Below, piece after piece: positions 17,784 to 29,700 of a stretch of DNA of 64,000 nucleotides. A model generated the notes under the pieces. It worked only from the letters and a program-made list of their open reading frames with translations, was not told the origin of the DNA and made no database searches. The translations under genes and the position numbers were made by a program. Source of the stretch: a virus (Duplodnaviria; Caudoviricetes). Location: positions 1-64,000 of the IMG/VR virus record IMGVR_UViG_3300011616_000001; one strand, given 5' to 3'. Within the stretch, counting starts at the first letter, position 1. Each line of letters starts with the position of its first letter.

Positions 17784-19811
17784 ATGTATAGAGTAACAAC
17801 GATACTAAATGGTGTTGAGTACTTGCTTTATGATCCACGGGACGATAATTTACAGATATTGGAGCCGGAGGTGACCATGCAGATAGGGAAATCCGGTATG
17901 TTTAAATTCAGGATTCCCCCAAATCATGAGAACCGGGATAAGGTAGTACCGTTGAAAAGTGAAATCCGTGTGTATCAGGATGGCGAAATCTTGTTCTGTG
18001 GCCGGCATGTGGGGCATGAGAGTGATTTTTACAATTTTGGGGCGGTAGGCTGTGAAGGGGAATTATCTTATCTCGTAGACAGCTTACAACGCCCCTTTGA
18101 ATTTAGCGGAAATCTGGTTGAGTTCTTTACCCAGGTCGTACATACCCATAACAGCCAGGTAGAAGCGCGGAAACAATTTGAGGTAGGGAACATAACAGTA
18201 GCCGATACGGAGGCATCCATTACCAGAACCAGTACCGAATTAAAGAATACACTTGAAATTCTAAAGGCATACTGCACAGAGCTGATCGGCGGTCATTTAA
18301 GGGTACGGTATGCAAATGGCAAAAAGTATCTGGATTATGTCCATGATTACGGCGGGTATAACACTCAGGTAATTCGGTTCCGTGAAAATCTGCTGGATTT
18401 GAAAAGTACAGAAGATCCAACCGCAATCATAACCGCTCTTGTCCCGTATGGTGCAATGATCGAAACCGGTGAGGCCGGAGAAAAGAAAAGGCTTGATATT
18501 ACAAGTGTGAATGATGGCAAGGATTATATCGTTGATCAGGCGGCAAAAGACGAATATGGGTGGATCTGGGGGAAGCAAACCTTTGATGATACCGTGGATG
18601 CAGATGCCTTGATGCAAAAAGCACGGGCTTATTTACGGGAGTGTATCACTTTACCGCTTACCCTGGAACTGACAGCGGTTGATTTAAGCATGGTAGATGT
18701 GAATGTGGAACGGTTGAAGGTAGGATATTGGACACAGGTGGAGAGCAGACCGCACAATATCAGTAAACAGTTTCTACTAGCAAAAAAGGTGATCCACCTT
18801 GATAATCCGGGACGGGATGAGGTGGTGTTAGGCCGGACCATCCCCACTTTTACAGAATCTTCCGTTAAAAAACAGATAGCGATATCACAATCGATTGAAA
18901 AGGTAGCCGATAATGCCAGTAAGGAGATTAATGCCAAGGTGGAGAATGCTACAGCACTGATTACGGGCGGAAAAGGTGGTTATGTTGTTCTGGATGTCAC
19001 CGATCCAGACACGGGGGAACGGATGCACCCATGGCGCATTTTAATCATGAATACCCCAGACAAGGAAACCGCCAGCAATGTGATTCAGCTGAATCAGAAT
19101 GGCCTTGGTTTTTCCACAACCGGTATTAATGGGCCATACCGCAACGCCTGGACCATTGACGGGAATCTGGTAGCGGATTTTATTACTGCCGGAACGATGC
19201 TTGCCGACCGGATCAGGGGCGGAACTCTGGAACTTGGCGGTATTGGACTTGGCAGAGATGGTCAGATCATTGTCCGGGATACATCGGGGGAAATGATTGG
19301 TAGTTGGGACAAAACCGGCCTTACGATCCTTAGAGGTATCCTGCAGGGAGTAAGCGCAATCTTTGGCGGTGTGAATAACCAGAATGGCGCGATTGAGGTA
19401 GTAGATGCCAGTGGGCGCAGAATTGGCCGGTGGGATAAAGACGGGCTGTATATCAGCAAGGGGAACTTGTCGGTGGGGCCATTTGAAGCTAACGAAGATG
19501 AAGTTATCTTCGGTGATTTCTATGTATCCGCAGATGGTAGCAACGTATTCCGGTCAAACGATGGGTCAATCGCTTTCCAGGCAGAAGGGAGTGGGCCGTT
19601 AGGACCAGAACCAACCCTGTCAATTAATGGAGGGACTAAACTGACAGAGAGGGCGGCTAATATAGAATACCTAACTGCTGGGTATATCACAGGTGATTGT
19701 ACCCTGAATAATAGCATTAATACCTCTTCTAGGCGGTGGGCTGGAAAAACATTATATGAGGCATTAGATGAATTGCTAGAGGAAATAAGAAATATAGATA
19801 CAGGTGAATAG
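17784..19811 (+). CDS. Tail-associated baseplate hub (Tal/endopeptidase-type) with C-terminal extension
   Basis: Follows Dit; AWTIDGNLVADFI motif; duplicated G.I.V.D.SG..IG.WDK.GL module. Confidence 0.8.
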   Translation: MYRVTTILNGVEYLLYDPRDDNLQILEPEVTMQIGKSGMFKFRIPPNHENRDKVVPLKSEIRVYQDGEILFCGRHVGHESDFYNFGAVGCEGELSYLVDSLQRPFEFSGNLVEFFTQVVHTHNSQVEARKQFEVGNITVADTEASITRTSTELKNTLEILKAYCTELIGGHLRVRYANGKKYLDYVHDYGGYNTQVIRFRENLLDLKSTEDPTAIITALVPYGAMIETGEAGEKKRLDITSVNDGKDYIVDQAAKDEYGWIWGKQTFDDTVDADALMQKARAYLRECITLPLTLELTAVDLSMVDVNVERLKVGYWTQVESRPHNISKQFLLAKKVIHLDNPGRDEVVLGRTIPTFTESSVKKQIAISQSIEKVADNASKEINAKVENATALITGGKGGYVVLDVTDPDTGERMHPWRILIMNTPDKETASNVIQLNQNGLGFSTTGINGPYRNAWTIDGNLVADFITAGTMLADRIRGGTLELGGIGLGRDGQIIVRDTSGEMIGSWDKTGLTILRGILQGVSAIFGGVNNQNGAIEVVDASGRRIGRWDKDGLYISKGNLSVGPFEANEDEVIFGDFYVSADGSNVFRSNDGSIAFQAEGSGPLGPEPTLSINGGTKLTERAANIEYLTAGYITGDCTLNNSINTSSRRWAGKTLYEALDELLEEIRNIDTGE

Positions 19812-19840
19812 TTGCAATGTGAAAATAATTAGTGTATAGT
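19812..19840 (+). promoter_or_regulatory. Sigma70/SigA-type promoter of the moron
   Basis: TTGCAA-17 nt-TATAGT. Confidence 0.7.
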
Positions 19841-19862
19841 AAAAGAAAAAAGGGGCAATCAA

Positions 19863-20372
19863 ATGAAAAAAATAATACCAGTTATTTTATTTGTGTTAAT
19901 GATGTCTTTTACTTCTTTTGCTGATAAAAAAGAGGAGATAAGCGTGATTAATATTGAATATCAGAATATTATAGAAACAAGCGCAACGGGAATAGGTTAC
20001 AAAGATGATGGATCAGTATTGCCTATTGGCCGCGAGGTTCCAGTTACTATTCATTATAATGATTCCTATCAAACAGAGTCAGGGAGTATAATTAAAATCA
20101 ATGAAATAAAAGTGACCGAGGAAGGGGTTCCTATTGCGTACACTGGAATTGAAGCTGGTGGAATCGGTGACAGAGCTGAAGTTAATAAGAAAATAAAATG
20201 TAACACATCTGATGGAGAGAGTATTTTAATAGATGGATATCTCTGGTGTCACCTGATTCACGATAAAGCAATCAATATTACGGATGAGTTACTACGAGAA
20301 ATGGAATACAATCGTGATATTGAAAAGAATAAGGTAACAATAGTTTCAGTTGAAGTTTGGATATATCAGTAA
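19863..20372 (+). CDS. Moron: secreted or membrane protein with signal peptide
   Basis: MKKIIPVILFVLMMSFTSFA signal-like N-terminus; own promoter and terminator. Confidence 0.75.
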   Translation: MKKIIPVILFVLMMSFTSFADKKEEISVINIEYQNIIETSATGIGYKDDGSVLPIGREVPVTIHYNDSYQTESGSIIKINEIKVTEEGVPIAYTGIEAGGIGDRAEVNKKIKCNTSDGESILIDGYLWCHLIHDKAINITDELLREMEYNRDIEKNKVTIVSVEVWIYQ

Positions 20373-20393
20373 TATATAATAACAGTCCACTTG

Positions 20394-20421
20394 AGAGCGA
20401 GGATAAAACCCCGCTCTTTTT
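20394..20421 (+). terminator. Intrinsic terminator after the moron
   Basis: AGAGCG/CGCTCT stem plus TTTT. Confidence 0.65.
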
Positions 20422-20444
20422 GTATGCCAGAAAGGGGTGATTAC

Positions 20445-20972
20445 ATGGCAATTGAAAAGATTAATCTACAACCGGAGATTAGCACATGGCGAGCTGCCCG
20501 GCGCGGTGAAGATGTTAGGGGGGCGGCGATATCTGCCCTTGAAAAGACAGAAGGGGCTGTAAACGATGCGATTCAGGGATTAGATAAGGCCACAAGTGAT
20601 GTAAAGGAAACAACCCAGGCTGCTGTTGATGCGATAAGCACAGCCAACGATACTACGAAACGGGCGAATGAAACATTAGACCATGCTGATAATGTGTTGA
20701 CCGGTGCAACCAAACAGGCCGATGCTGCCGCTGAAAGTGCTATTAACTCACAGAGCTGGGCGGTGGGCGGTACTGACAGCCGGGATGGCGAGAACAACGA
20801 CAACAGCAAATATTACAGCGAAAAGGCGGCAGAACAGGCCGTGCGTGCAGAGCAGTACGCAAATGTCCATGAACCGAGTTTCATTATCGAAAATAATCGC
20901 CTGTATATGAAACAGGATTCGGTACTGGATTTTGTCGTGATTGATAACCGGATCTGCTGGAAGATCGCATAA
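20445..20972 (+). CDS. Minor tail/baseplate protein with coiled coil
   Basis: AGGGGTG SD before ATG 20445; SWAVGGT..RDGE..DNSKYY. Confidence 0.7.
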   Translation: MAIEKINLQPEISTWRAARRGEDVRGAAISALEKTEGAVNDAIQGLDKATSDVKETTQAAVDAISTANDTTKRANETLDHADNVLTGATKQADAAAESAINSQSWAVGGTDSRDGENNDNSKYYSEKAAEQAVRAEQYANVHEPSFIIENNRLYMKQDSVLDFVVIDNRICWKIA

Positions 20973-20985
20973 GGAGGGAAATAGA

Positions 20986-21663
20986 ATGGCAATACCTGAT
21001 GGGTATGTAGCATTGGATTTTGTTGGCTTTACCGACAAGGGTATATATGATTCCGGTGTTACATACATGACAAATGATTTGATACATGACAGTTATAACA
21101 ATATCTGGCGGTGTATAAAAGATGATACGAGTAATGTTGATCCAGTAGCGGGAGAATACTGGGCCGTATTTATCAATGCGACCGATTCACTCAGCGGTAA
21201 TACGGCAACAGATACTTACGGGGTGGCTGGTCAGGCCGGACAGGTGATTGTAGCACAATCTTTGGTTGATGCAATCGCGGATAAAGTTATGAACAATCTG
21301 ATTAGCAAAAGTAAGATTGTTAACGATCTGGTTTCGACCGATCCAAGTACGGTATTGGCAGGGCCGATGGGGACAGCATTAAGTAACCAGATTGTGCAAC
21401 TAAATAGTGATTTAGCAAGCTTGATTATATCCAGGACACAGGACTTACCTTTGACAGCCATACCCGCAAATGGCTCTGTAGATATTGCATATACACCTTC
21501 GCAACTTGCTGGATATACACCTCTTGCTTATATTGCGGTGGCGGGCGGAAGTGTTAATACTGGTATCACGGCAGTAACATCGAGTATAGTTAGGCTTAGA
21601 AACTTTTCCGGCACAAGCGTGTCCGCCAGCCCGACTATTTCGATACTATACAAAAAATCCTAA
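20986..21663 (+). CDS. Tail fibre / receptor-binding protein of prophage A
   Basis: GGAGG SD; LNSDL junction then beta-rich C-terminal domain. Confidence 0.7.
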   Translation: MAIPDGYVALDFVGFTDKGIYDSGVTYMTNDLIHDSYNNIWRCIKDDTSNVDPVAGEYWAVFINATDSLSGNTATDTYGVAGQAGQVIVAQSLVDAIADKVMNNLISKSKIVNDLVSTDPSTVLAGPMGTALSNQIVQLNSDLASLIISRTQDLPLTAIPANGSVDIAYTPSQLAGYTPLAYIAVAGGSVNTGITAVTSSIVRLRNFSGTSVSASPTISILYKKS

Positions 21664-22053
21664 ATAGTGATTGCAATCATCTGGGTGTCCGACACAGGTA
21701 CACTGCTTGGAACTGAAAGTTCTCCCCGGCAGTTGTAAGCTGTGCATAGTCTGGGTTATATAATTTAATCTGTCCAGCTATATCAACAACTGCTGTTACA
21801 CATATACGTCCATTTGCTGAGTATATCAACAGTGGCACATTGTAGTATGCGGAAAATCCAGGGAATGTGCCAATCACTTCTCCCCACGCGGGTGCTGTAG
21901 CAACGTTGTGTCGAATAGTACCATATACTAGACCAACACCATTTGCCATAGCAGCATTCGACGCTGTTACAGTCCATCCGGTCGCACTGGTGGCGTTTCC
22001 GATGCTTTTTAGTTTTACATCGCTTTTGGTGGTTGTTAAATCACTATTTAGTT
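21398..22053. repeat. Repeat triad: 17-bp inverted repeat plus a third 13-bp direct copy
   Basis: AACTAAATAGTGATTTA 21398-21414, exact reverse complement 22037-22053, core CTAAATAGTGATT again at 21660-21672. Confidence 0.85.
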
Positions 22054-22327
22054 TATTAAATTCGCTCCGAGTACAAGGGATATTGATAAACAATTCAGAC
22101 CAATTGTTTTTTGGAGCGGTTACATACGCAAAATCTCCGGACGCTAAAGATGCTTCGCAATTAACATTATAGGATTTTCCCTTGTATGTTATTTGATACT
22201 TTCTATCACTCACCTTTTTGATTATCTTGGCCCGAAAAGTCACATCCCTTGGAATTTTTTTAAGTTTAGCATTGATCAACATGTCTATGTCGTCTGTTAA
22301 TTTTTGTAATACTGCCATGAAATCCAT
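21677..22327 (-). CDS. Minor tail protein with LNSDL junction and variable C-terminal domain
   Basis: GGAGGTG SD; 216-aa ORF. Confidence 0.7.
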   Translation of the reverse strand: MDFMAVLQKLTDDIDMLINAKLKKIPRDVTFRAKIIKKVSDRKYQITYKGKSYNVNCEASLASGDFAYVTAPKNNWSELFINIPCTRSEFNKLNSDLTTTKSDVKLKSIGNATSATGWTVTASNAAMANGVGLVYGTIRHNVATAPAWGEVIGTFPGFSAYYNVPLLIYSANGRICVTAVVDIAGQIKLYNPDYAQLTTAGENFQFQAVYLCRTPR

Positions 22328-22435
22328 GTTTCACCTCCTGTATTAATTACCATATTTTACCTGTTGAATCAGGTGTGTTTAATTGATATTCTATTATAGT
22401 TACTCGTAATATTTGTTAACATAATTGGGGGAGTT

Positions 22436-23749
22436 ATGGTAACTATAGTTTATGGTATTTTTTCAGTTTTAAATGCATACTCGGCATACCTATTTATTGA
22501 TAATTGCTTAGGCAGAAGAAGAGCCACTAACAAACAGATATTGTTAGGGTATACACTGTTTTACATAGTAGGGATATTTGCTTTTGTGAAAGGTGCTGGC
22601 CCATACACAAACTTGTTCATGACTTTAGCTACGTATTATTTGGTGGGAAGACTTTACATAGCTACTGAAAAGAAAAGGGTGATAACCGCCTTATTTCTAT
22701 ATGTTCAATATTTAATGTGCGATGTGTTTGTTTTTACAACCATGTCAACTATACTTCAAGAATTTCCACAAAGATCACCAATGCCTCTTACTGAAGAGTT
22801 GCAGAATTCAATTGGAATTATATTTGTGATGGTTTTGCAGTTCTTTGTGATTAAAGCTATTACCCCGTTACATAAAGAGAGAAATATTGAGCTGCCTCTC
22901 AAGCACTGGATTACACTATTTACTATTCCTGTAGTCAGTGGAATAGCCGTAGTATGGGTAAATCAACAGTACAAGATTGGTGGAATAACTAATTTGCCAC
23001 TCATCTATATTCTTATCGCAGCTTTTTCTTTAATAAATGTAATTGCTTTCTTCTTTTATGATCAAGCATATCAAAGTGTTGTAACGAACCATGAGAAAGA
23101 TGCTTTAGCACAAAGTCATGACAATCATCAAAAAGAAGCCGCCCTATTGCATCAGTCCTTGGGAAAAATCAGTGCAACGAAACACGATCTGGACTCACAT
23201 CTTACTACCGGAATGGGTATTGCCATAGAGCAGAAAAATGATGAAATGATAGCTTATTTTGAGCCGCTAGTAGGAGAAATAAGAAATATTGAAACTGGCA
23301 TAAAAAGTGGTAGTCCTACAATTGATACAACACTCAATTCCTGTTTGTACACAGCCAGGGATCAAAATACTCAATTACATATTGATCTTAAGATGAAGGA
23401 AGAGATACCCATTAACCCTATTGATTTGACAACCATTTTAAGCAATCTTTTGAATAATGCTCTTGAAGCCTGTATCAAACTCCCAGAAGGAGATCGGCAG
23501 ATATGGTTTTATCTGAAACACGAAAGAGGTGTTTTAAACGTCAGAGTAAAAAATACATATAATCCAGATGCGGTTGATATTCAGGACGGCAAGGCCCATA
23601 CCACAAAAGAGGATAAAAGTGCCCACGGGATTGGTCTAAAACGAATTCAGCAGACTGTAGAAAAATATAATGGAACGTTTTCCTATCGTGTTAAGGCAAC
23701 TGAGTATGGTAACATATTTGAGGCTAAGGCTATGTTGTTTACAAAATAG
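22436..23749 (+). CDS. AgrC-like membrane GHKL sensor histidine kinase
   Basis: Multiple TM segments, KHDLDSHL (phospho-His), NLLNNALEA N-box, HGIGL G-box. Confidence 0.9.
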   Translation: MVTIVYGIFSVLNAYSAYLFIDNCLGRRRATNKQILLGYTLFYIVGIFAFVKGAGPYTNLFMTLATYYLVGRLYIATEKKRVITALFLYVQYLMCDVFVFTTMSTILQEFPQRSPMPLTEELQNSIGIIFVMVLQFFVIKAITPLHKERNIELPLKHWITLFTIPVVSGIAVVWVNQQYKIGGITNLPLIYILIAAFSLINVIAFFFYDQAYQSVVTNHEKDALAQSHDNHQKEAALLHQSLGKISATKHDLDSHLTTGMGIAIEQKNDEMIAYFEPLVGEIRNIETGIKSGSPTIDTTLNSCLYTARDQNTQLHIDLKMKEEIPINPIDLTTILSNLLNNALEACIKLPEGDRQIWFYLKHERGVLNVRVKNTYNPDAVDIQDGKAHTTKEDKSAHGIGLKRIQQTVEKYNGTFSYRVKATEYGNIFEAKAMLFTK

Positions 23750-23789
23750 AAGAGGGGACAACCTTAATGGCTATCGCCCTCATCTATAT

Positions 23790-26700
23790 TTAACGATGTC
23801 TCGAAGTTGGTTTTCCGATTTGCTGCATTACTGCGGCACGGAGGCCACCTTTTAAAATTCCTTCAGCAAGTTGGTCAGGGTTATCACACCTTTCGATTTT
23901 GATATCACCGAAGGTGAAAGTTGTAGAGTCACCAGATCCTCTTGTAGACAACTGTCCTTGATCGAACGTTGGTGGAATAAAATGAGAAATAGGGGCAGCA
24001 GCAGCTGAGAGATTTTTCAGTAACATAGCTTGCTGATCATCATTTAGCACAGCTTCGCCACGATGGGCGATGATTGGGACTGCATTGTTGATATCTTCAA
24101 TTGGCTGACTCGAGAATAATCTGAGTAATCGTTCACGCTTTGTTTCGTTGCCTGTACCGACAAGTCCATTCTCAATACCGTCAGCATAAAGATCGTTCTC
24201 GATAGGTATAGAGTCATTACCATAACCAGAAAAGATATCATTTAATGAACCACCCCAGTTACCCCAAGGAGAATCATCATCATCGTCGTCATCATCGCTG
24301 CTCCGTCTACTGTTCATTTCGTCCAAAGCATCTTCAAGATTATCACGGACATCTTCCAGAATATATTTGATATCATTGACATCAGTGGTTAGCTGTTCCC
24401 AACTGGTCATATATTCAGAAATCAGCCCAGCATTCTCATTATATTGCCTGAATGAATCGATCAATTCTTCACCGGCAGTGATAAGTGCATCCTGAACAGT
24501 GGTTAGGATACTGTCTGCGTTGGCCTCGGCCCCAGTAGAAGCGGAGAGGAAGTCGAATACATTGTTCAGATTATCCATGCCGGACATCTTTTGATTCATT
24601 TGGGATAAGAGATCATTGATACCAGCAACCGCCTGATCATAGGTGATAGTACCTTCCTTGTAGGCGGCAATATAGTCATTGAGCAGGTTATAGATGTTCT
24701 CGGTTGATTCGATCTGATCTTCATACTGAGTCATCTGATCAGAAAGAGTTTGATACATTCCGGAGAACATGTCGTAGATATCGTCATCTTTGCCGCTTAG
24801 GACTTTATCCTTCCAACCTTCGCCCAGAATGTCGCTGGTAGCTGCTTCGTTCTTGGCCTGTTCGATTTTGTCTGCAATCTCTGACCACTTTTCGGAGATC
24901 TTTTCCAGAGAATCAATCTGTTCTTCGTAGCGGTCGTTGACTGCATCGAGTTCATCTTGGAGACCATCGATCTGCTGCTGAAGATTATGCTTTTCGAGAT
25001 TAGCTAGTGCATCTTGTAGACTTTCTTGAGCGTTTCTGAGGTTTTCAGCATTATTTTCATATACCACTGTGCCCTCTCTTATTACCCGCTCCGTCTTCTG
25101 AGTATTGGCAGAATGAAGATCATAAAGCGCCTGTTCGTAAGCAGTCTGTAGCTGAAGCGCTTCATTCTGCTTGTTCAGTAATTCTAACCGCTCATTTAAT
25201 ACATCAATCTGAGCCTGATTCTTTTCTTTCTCCAGATCACGCTCTTCTTCAAGCAAATCAATCTGCTCCTGGATAGCATTTGTGACGGTTGAAATGACCG
25301 ATTCATACTCGCTCTGTACCTTAGACATAGCATCTAAAGCTTTCTGCAAAGCGGAAGAGTAGTCGTTAACGGTGTCCAGAGGAATCTGCAGCATTGCTTC
25401 ATTCCATTTGTGTAGATTTTCGATCATTGCGGACATTTCGGCATTGATAGACTGCATCTTGTCATAAAGTTTATTCCAGTTCTCGGAGCCTTCATCGTAC
25501 TCATCCATTACATCTTGGATCAGACCGATCTGTTCCTTATACTGGTCAATGACCTTCATGCCGTTATCGATAAGCATCTGGTAATATTCTCTATCAAGCT
25601 TTTTGCCCGATGCCTCCATTTCGGAACCCCAGCGCTCCATCGTATCCGTAATGGAGTTGATCATGTTCAGGATTACTTCCATGTTCTCAATTGGGAGATT
25701 CAGCAGCTGGTCTTCTACCTCAGCAATAGCTAAGTCAAGACCGGCCATATCCTCTTCCCAGCCTTCGATATCAGACATGATGTCATGATAGTCTTCGTCA
25801 TCCGGACTAGCGCCTAGCTCAGCAAGTTTCTTCTTTGCTTCTTTGATTTTCTGTTCATAAAGGGCGATAAGCTTTTTATTATTTGCAATTACCTGTTCAT
25901 ACGATTGAGAGCTGACTATCTTACCCTGAGCTACAAGCAACTGGTTTTGAGCATCAATCTTGGCATTAGTAGAAGTGATCCGGTCAGCCTGTTTATCAAG
26001 ATACTCTATGTTATTATCATAATAATTCTTGATGTTTTCGGCAGCTTCGGCTTCTAAATCGTTTTTCTCTTTGACCGTATCTTTGAGTTTATCATGAGCC
26101 GAAATTGCCGCCTCAATGTCCTTGGCTTCGTCACCGGAGTAGCTACTAATCTCAATAGAGCCGTTTTCAATTTTGTCACGGATTTCTGGAGCGAGTTTAT
26201 TGACCAGTTCTTCGTATTTACGTTGATACTCCTCGATAGCGGTCATATAGGTTTCAAGATGGATCTTATCAGCTTCGATGATCTGAGCTAGTGCGGATCT
26301 CCGGGATTCACTATAGTTTTCGCCATTGTAAATCATTGCGAAGAGATCAGCCATGGACATTCCTGCATTCTTGGCGATTTCTTGCAACTCTACCATGTCG
26401 GTGGTTATAGTAGAACCGTTGGCTTCAATGAGTTCTTTGGCGCGGTCGAATTCCTCTTGGGTTAGACCGAGATAGGACATTGCGGCGTTAGATGCATCTT
26501 TTTCTAGCTCGTCCCTCTGATCCTTTAGTATTTCAAGCAGGCGCTCGATCCAGTCAATTTCTGTTTCTTTGTCCTTGTCAGACTTGGATTTAGATTTGGA
26601 CTTAGAAGAGTTGGCGTTGTTGACTCTATCCACGTTTTCTTTTGTCCAGCCATAATTAAGACCATTAGCAAAAGCATTACCTTTAGCAAAAGCTTTGCCA

Positions 26701-29700
26701 CGAGAACCAATTTTCCCATTTCGCTGTAGCTGCTCAGTCTGTTTGTGATTAAATATTATTGCATCTTTGGGTTTATCAATAAACTCAGCTCCGTTATCAC
26801 CAACAGTATGATATGTTCCGCTGTGTGGGTCGACAATGGTTTCTTGTCCTAACTCTCCAACAAGGACTTTCTTTAAAGCTTTTCGATTCTTAATTCCTGA
26901 ATTGCCGTTCGCATAAGCAGTTCCATAAGCACCAGCAGCACTTTCTTCACCGATACCTTCAGAATCTCCGGTGACCTTAGCAGTAGCATTAACATGAATA
27001 TCTGCTAATACGCTTGGTAGTGCTTTGATTGCGGTTGCTAGATCGTCAACCTTTTTCTTCGCACCGTTTGCATCGGTTCCAACACCCTCAAGACTATCCC
27101 TGGTTTTAGTTAGCTCAAGTTTTCCTGCCTCACTAATAGCATCAGTCAGGGTGTCAACAGAGACTTTTGCATCATCGGCTTCCTCGGTGATTTTTAGAAG
27201 CCCAGCTTTTTCGGTGTCTATTTCGAGAGACTCAATACGTCCAAGGGCCTCTGTTAAGTCGTTGATCGGGACTAAATCTGCCGTTTGGAAAGACACTCCC
27301 TCAAGCATAAGCATTTCAGTAAGAGCCGTCTGAACATCTTCCTTGCTCTGACCAAAATCCTCCATCAATCCTTTAATTAAGTTATCGATATCAATATTGC
27401 CAGTTTCTGCATCAATCTTGATAAGACCAAGTTCTTTCAACTTCTCCATGTTGGCTCTGATCCGTTCTTCATTACCACTGGTCTCGAAGTCAATTAAAAC
27501 TGTAGTGTCCATCTCAGCAACTTCTCCAAGAATCTGATGAATTTGCTTGCCGCTGAAACCTAATTCCTCAAGATACCTCTCCAGCGTTTGCATACTCATT
27601 ACGGATTTGCCATCGAGATCTTCCATAGAAAATCCAACTAACTTGAATGCTTCAGCCAGTTCTTCGACATTGTACTTGACTGTACTACCGTTGATTTTGG
27701 ACGCTTCTAAGAACTCAAGAAAAGCCTCTTTGGAAATGCCAATAGCTTTGGCGACTTCTTCATATTGAGTGGGATCGAGGTTGAGTTCAAAACTTCCGTC
27801 CGACAATAATTGAGCAGAAGAGTTTAATTTCTCTAAGACACCGCTTTTCTGAAGATCTAACAGTGGGTTCATGATCGCTGCGCCGTTATTATCAGGATCA
27901 CTCCATAGCGACTGGAATTTCTTGACCTCGGCCCTTGCCGCATCAAGATCCATGTCATAAGAGCGGTCACCAAAGAAATATTCAAGGAGTCCTTCGGTAT
28001 GTTTGCCGAAATCACCTTTTTTTAGATTCTCCTGCAATGTCTTGAATTTCTCGGTAGAGTCAACGTAGCTATCGTTGTAGTCATCTTCACCCAAGACTTT
28101 ATTTAACTTGTCTTTTGCTTTAGCTACGCCATGCATTTCGTTGTCTAACCCACCAAGAACTTTACTTAAGAGAATACCGGATTCGGTTAAGCTTGCAAAT
28201 CCGTTTTCGCCATTGGCGGTTTTCTGGAGAGCAGTTGCTAAGTATTCGGCAGATGCTCCGGTCTCGTATAGAAGATGAGCCAGGACCTCGTTTTCCTCAG
28301 CTAATTCGACGACTCTATCTGCTGTGATGGAACTTGCATCTCCAAGGTCTTCAATGCTAGCGAAGTAGTCTTCGACATCAGAATCACCAAGTTTTCCTAT
28401 TTCTTTCTGCTTGATCCCCATGTCTTCAAGAGCAAAGATAACATCATCAATTGTTAACCCATACTCTTTTCCGAGTTCAATTAAGTCTTTGAATGCATTT
28501 TTACTATTTGGATCTTCAGCCAATAACTTAAGCTCTGTTGTGCTTTTTTTACCAAATACATCTGTTAATGAACTGGCTGATAAATTACGTTTATAATTAC
28601 CAACAATAGATCCAACACGATCAATCATATTTGTGTTTGCTGATAAATCGATGTTGGCAATTGCTGCACTTGGATTTTTAAGGGCGTATTGAAAATCATG
28701 AATCTGGCTGCTGGCTTTGTCAAATACTCCTTCGATAACGGATTCATAGCCTCTCCATTTGCCTTCAGTCAGATCAATGGAATTTCTAACTTCTCTTAGA
28801 TTGTCGTGAGCCCCAGTAATATCTTCTTTTGTGCCGGATGTGAGGGCCGTGTTGTAGCGGGTTACCGCTTCGGCGGCCAGATTGTAGTCTTCAGCCAGAC
28901 TTGATGTGGTCATGACTATATACAGTTTCTCATCTTCAACGATATCTTTTGTATTGCCCATGACTTCTTTAACAACATCTAATCCAGCACTGCCACCTTT
29001 TAAAATGCCAGTCATGTCTATTGATGTTCCAATATTCTCAGATTCAAACTCCTTTTTGACTGCTCTTACTTCAGTCATGAAGTCATTAATTATTTCTTCA
29101 GCATTTTCAACATCAGCATCTAAATATAGCTTGTAATAACCTTCGACTGCGGTAGATTCAGTTCGAAGACCCTTCTTTCTGTATTTTGAGACAATCTCAT
29201 CTACCATTTTACCGTCATCATTGTTACGGTTATAGCCATGCAGCGCGAATGTTCTTTTTTTGTAATACTCATCTTTGGCGGTGTTGATATCATCTTCTTT
29301 GCTATTCAACCAGTTCTCAGCCAACTGTTTATTTAGTTGAGTGATTACTCCCAGCTGATTAGCATATGCATTTGTGACCAAATCAATTTTGCCGTGCTCT
29401 TCACCATACTTATCATTTAACTCAGTTTGCAGTTTAAGAAGTTCGCTTTTGATTTCGAACTGTCTTTCTTCGGTAGTATTAGCCGCAGTCAATTCTTTGT
29501 AGAGCGTTTTGTATTTTTCTGCTGTATCATTGATTGATTCTTGCTCAGACCTCAGTGCTTGTAACGAGTCGTTGGCCGCGTCAATTGATTCTTGACGTTG
29601 CTGTTGATATTGTTTGTAAGCGATAGCTGCACCGGCGACTACAACAATTCCAGCAGTGAGGGCTGCGGTAAGTGTAGCAGCAGCGGCAGTACTGATTCCC

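Larger units (their letters stand above)
1..21663 (+). mobile_element. Prophage A, HK97-like siphovirus (partial; left end outside window, no lysis module seen)
   Basis: Co-oriented HNH, TerS, TerL, portal, ClpP, capsid, head-tail, tail tube, TAC, TMP, Dit, Tal and fibre genes in canonical order. Confidence 0.95.

Noticed and set aside
20986-22327. Diversity-generating retroelement acting on the fibre tips
   Set aside because: No reverse transcriptase and no template/variable repeat pair in the window.
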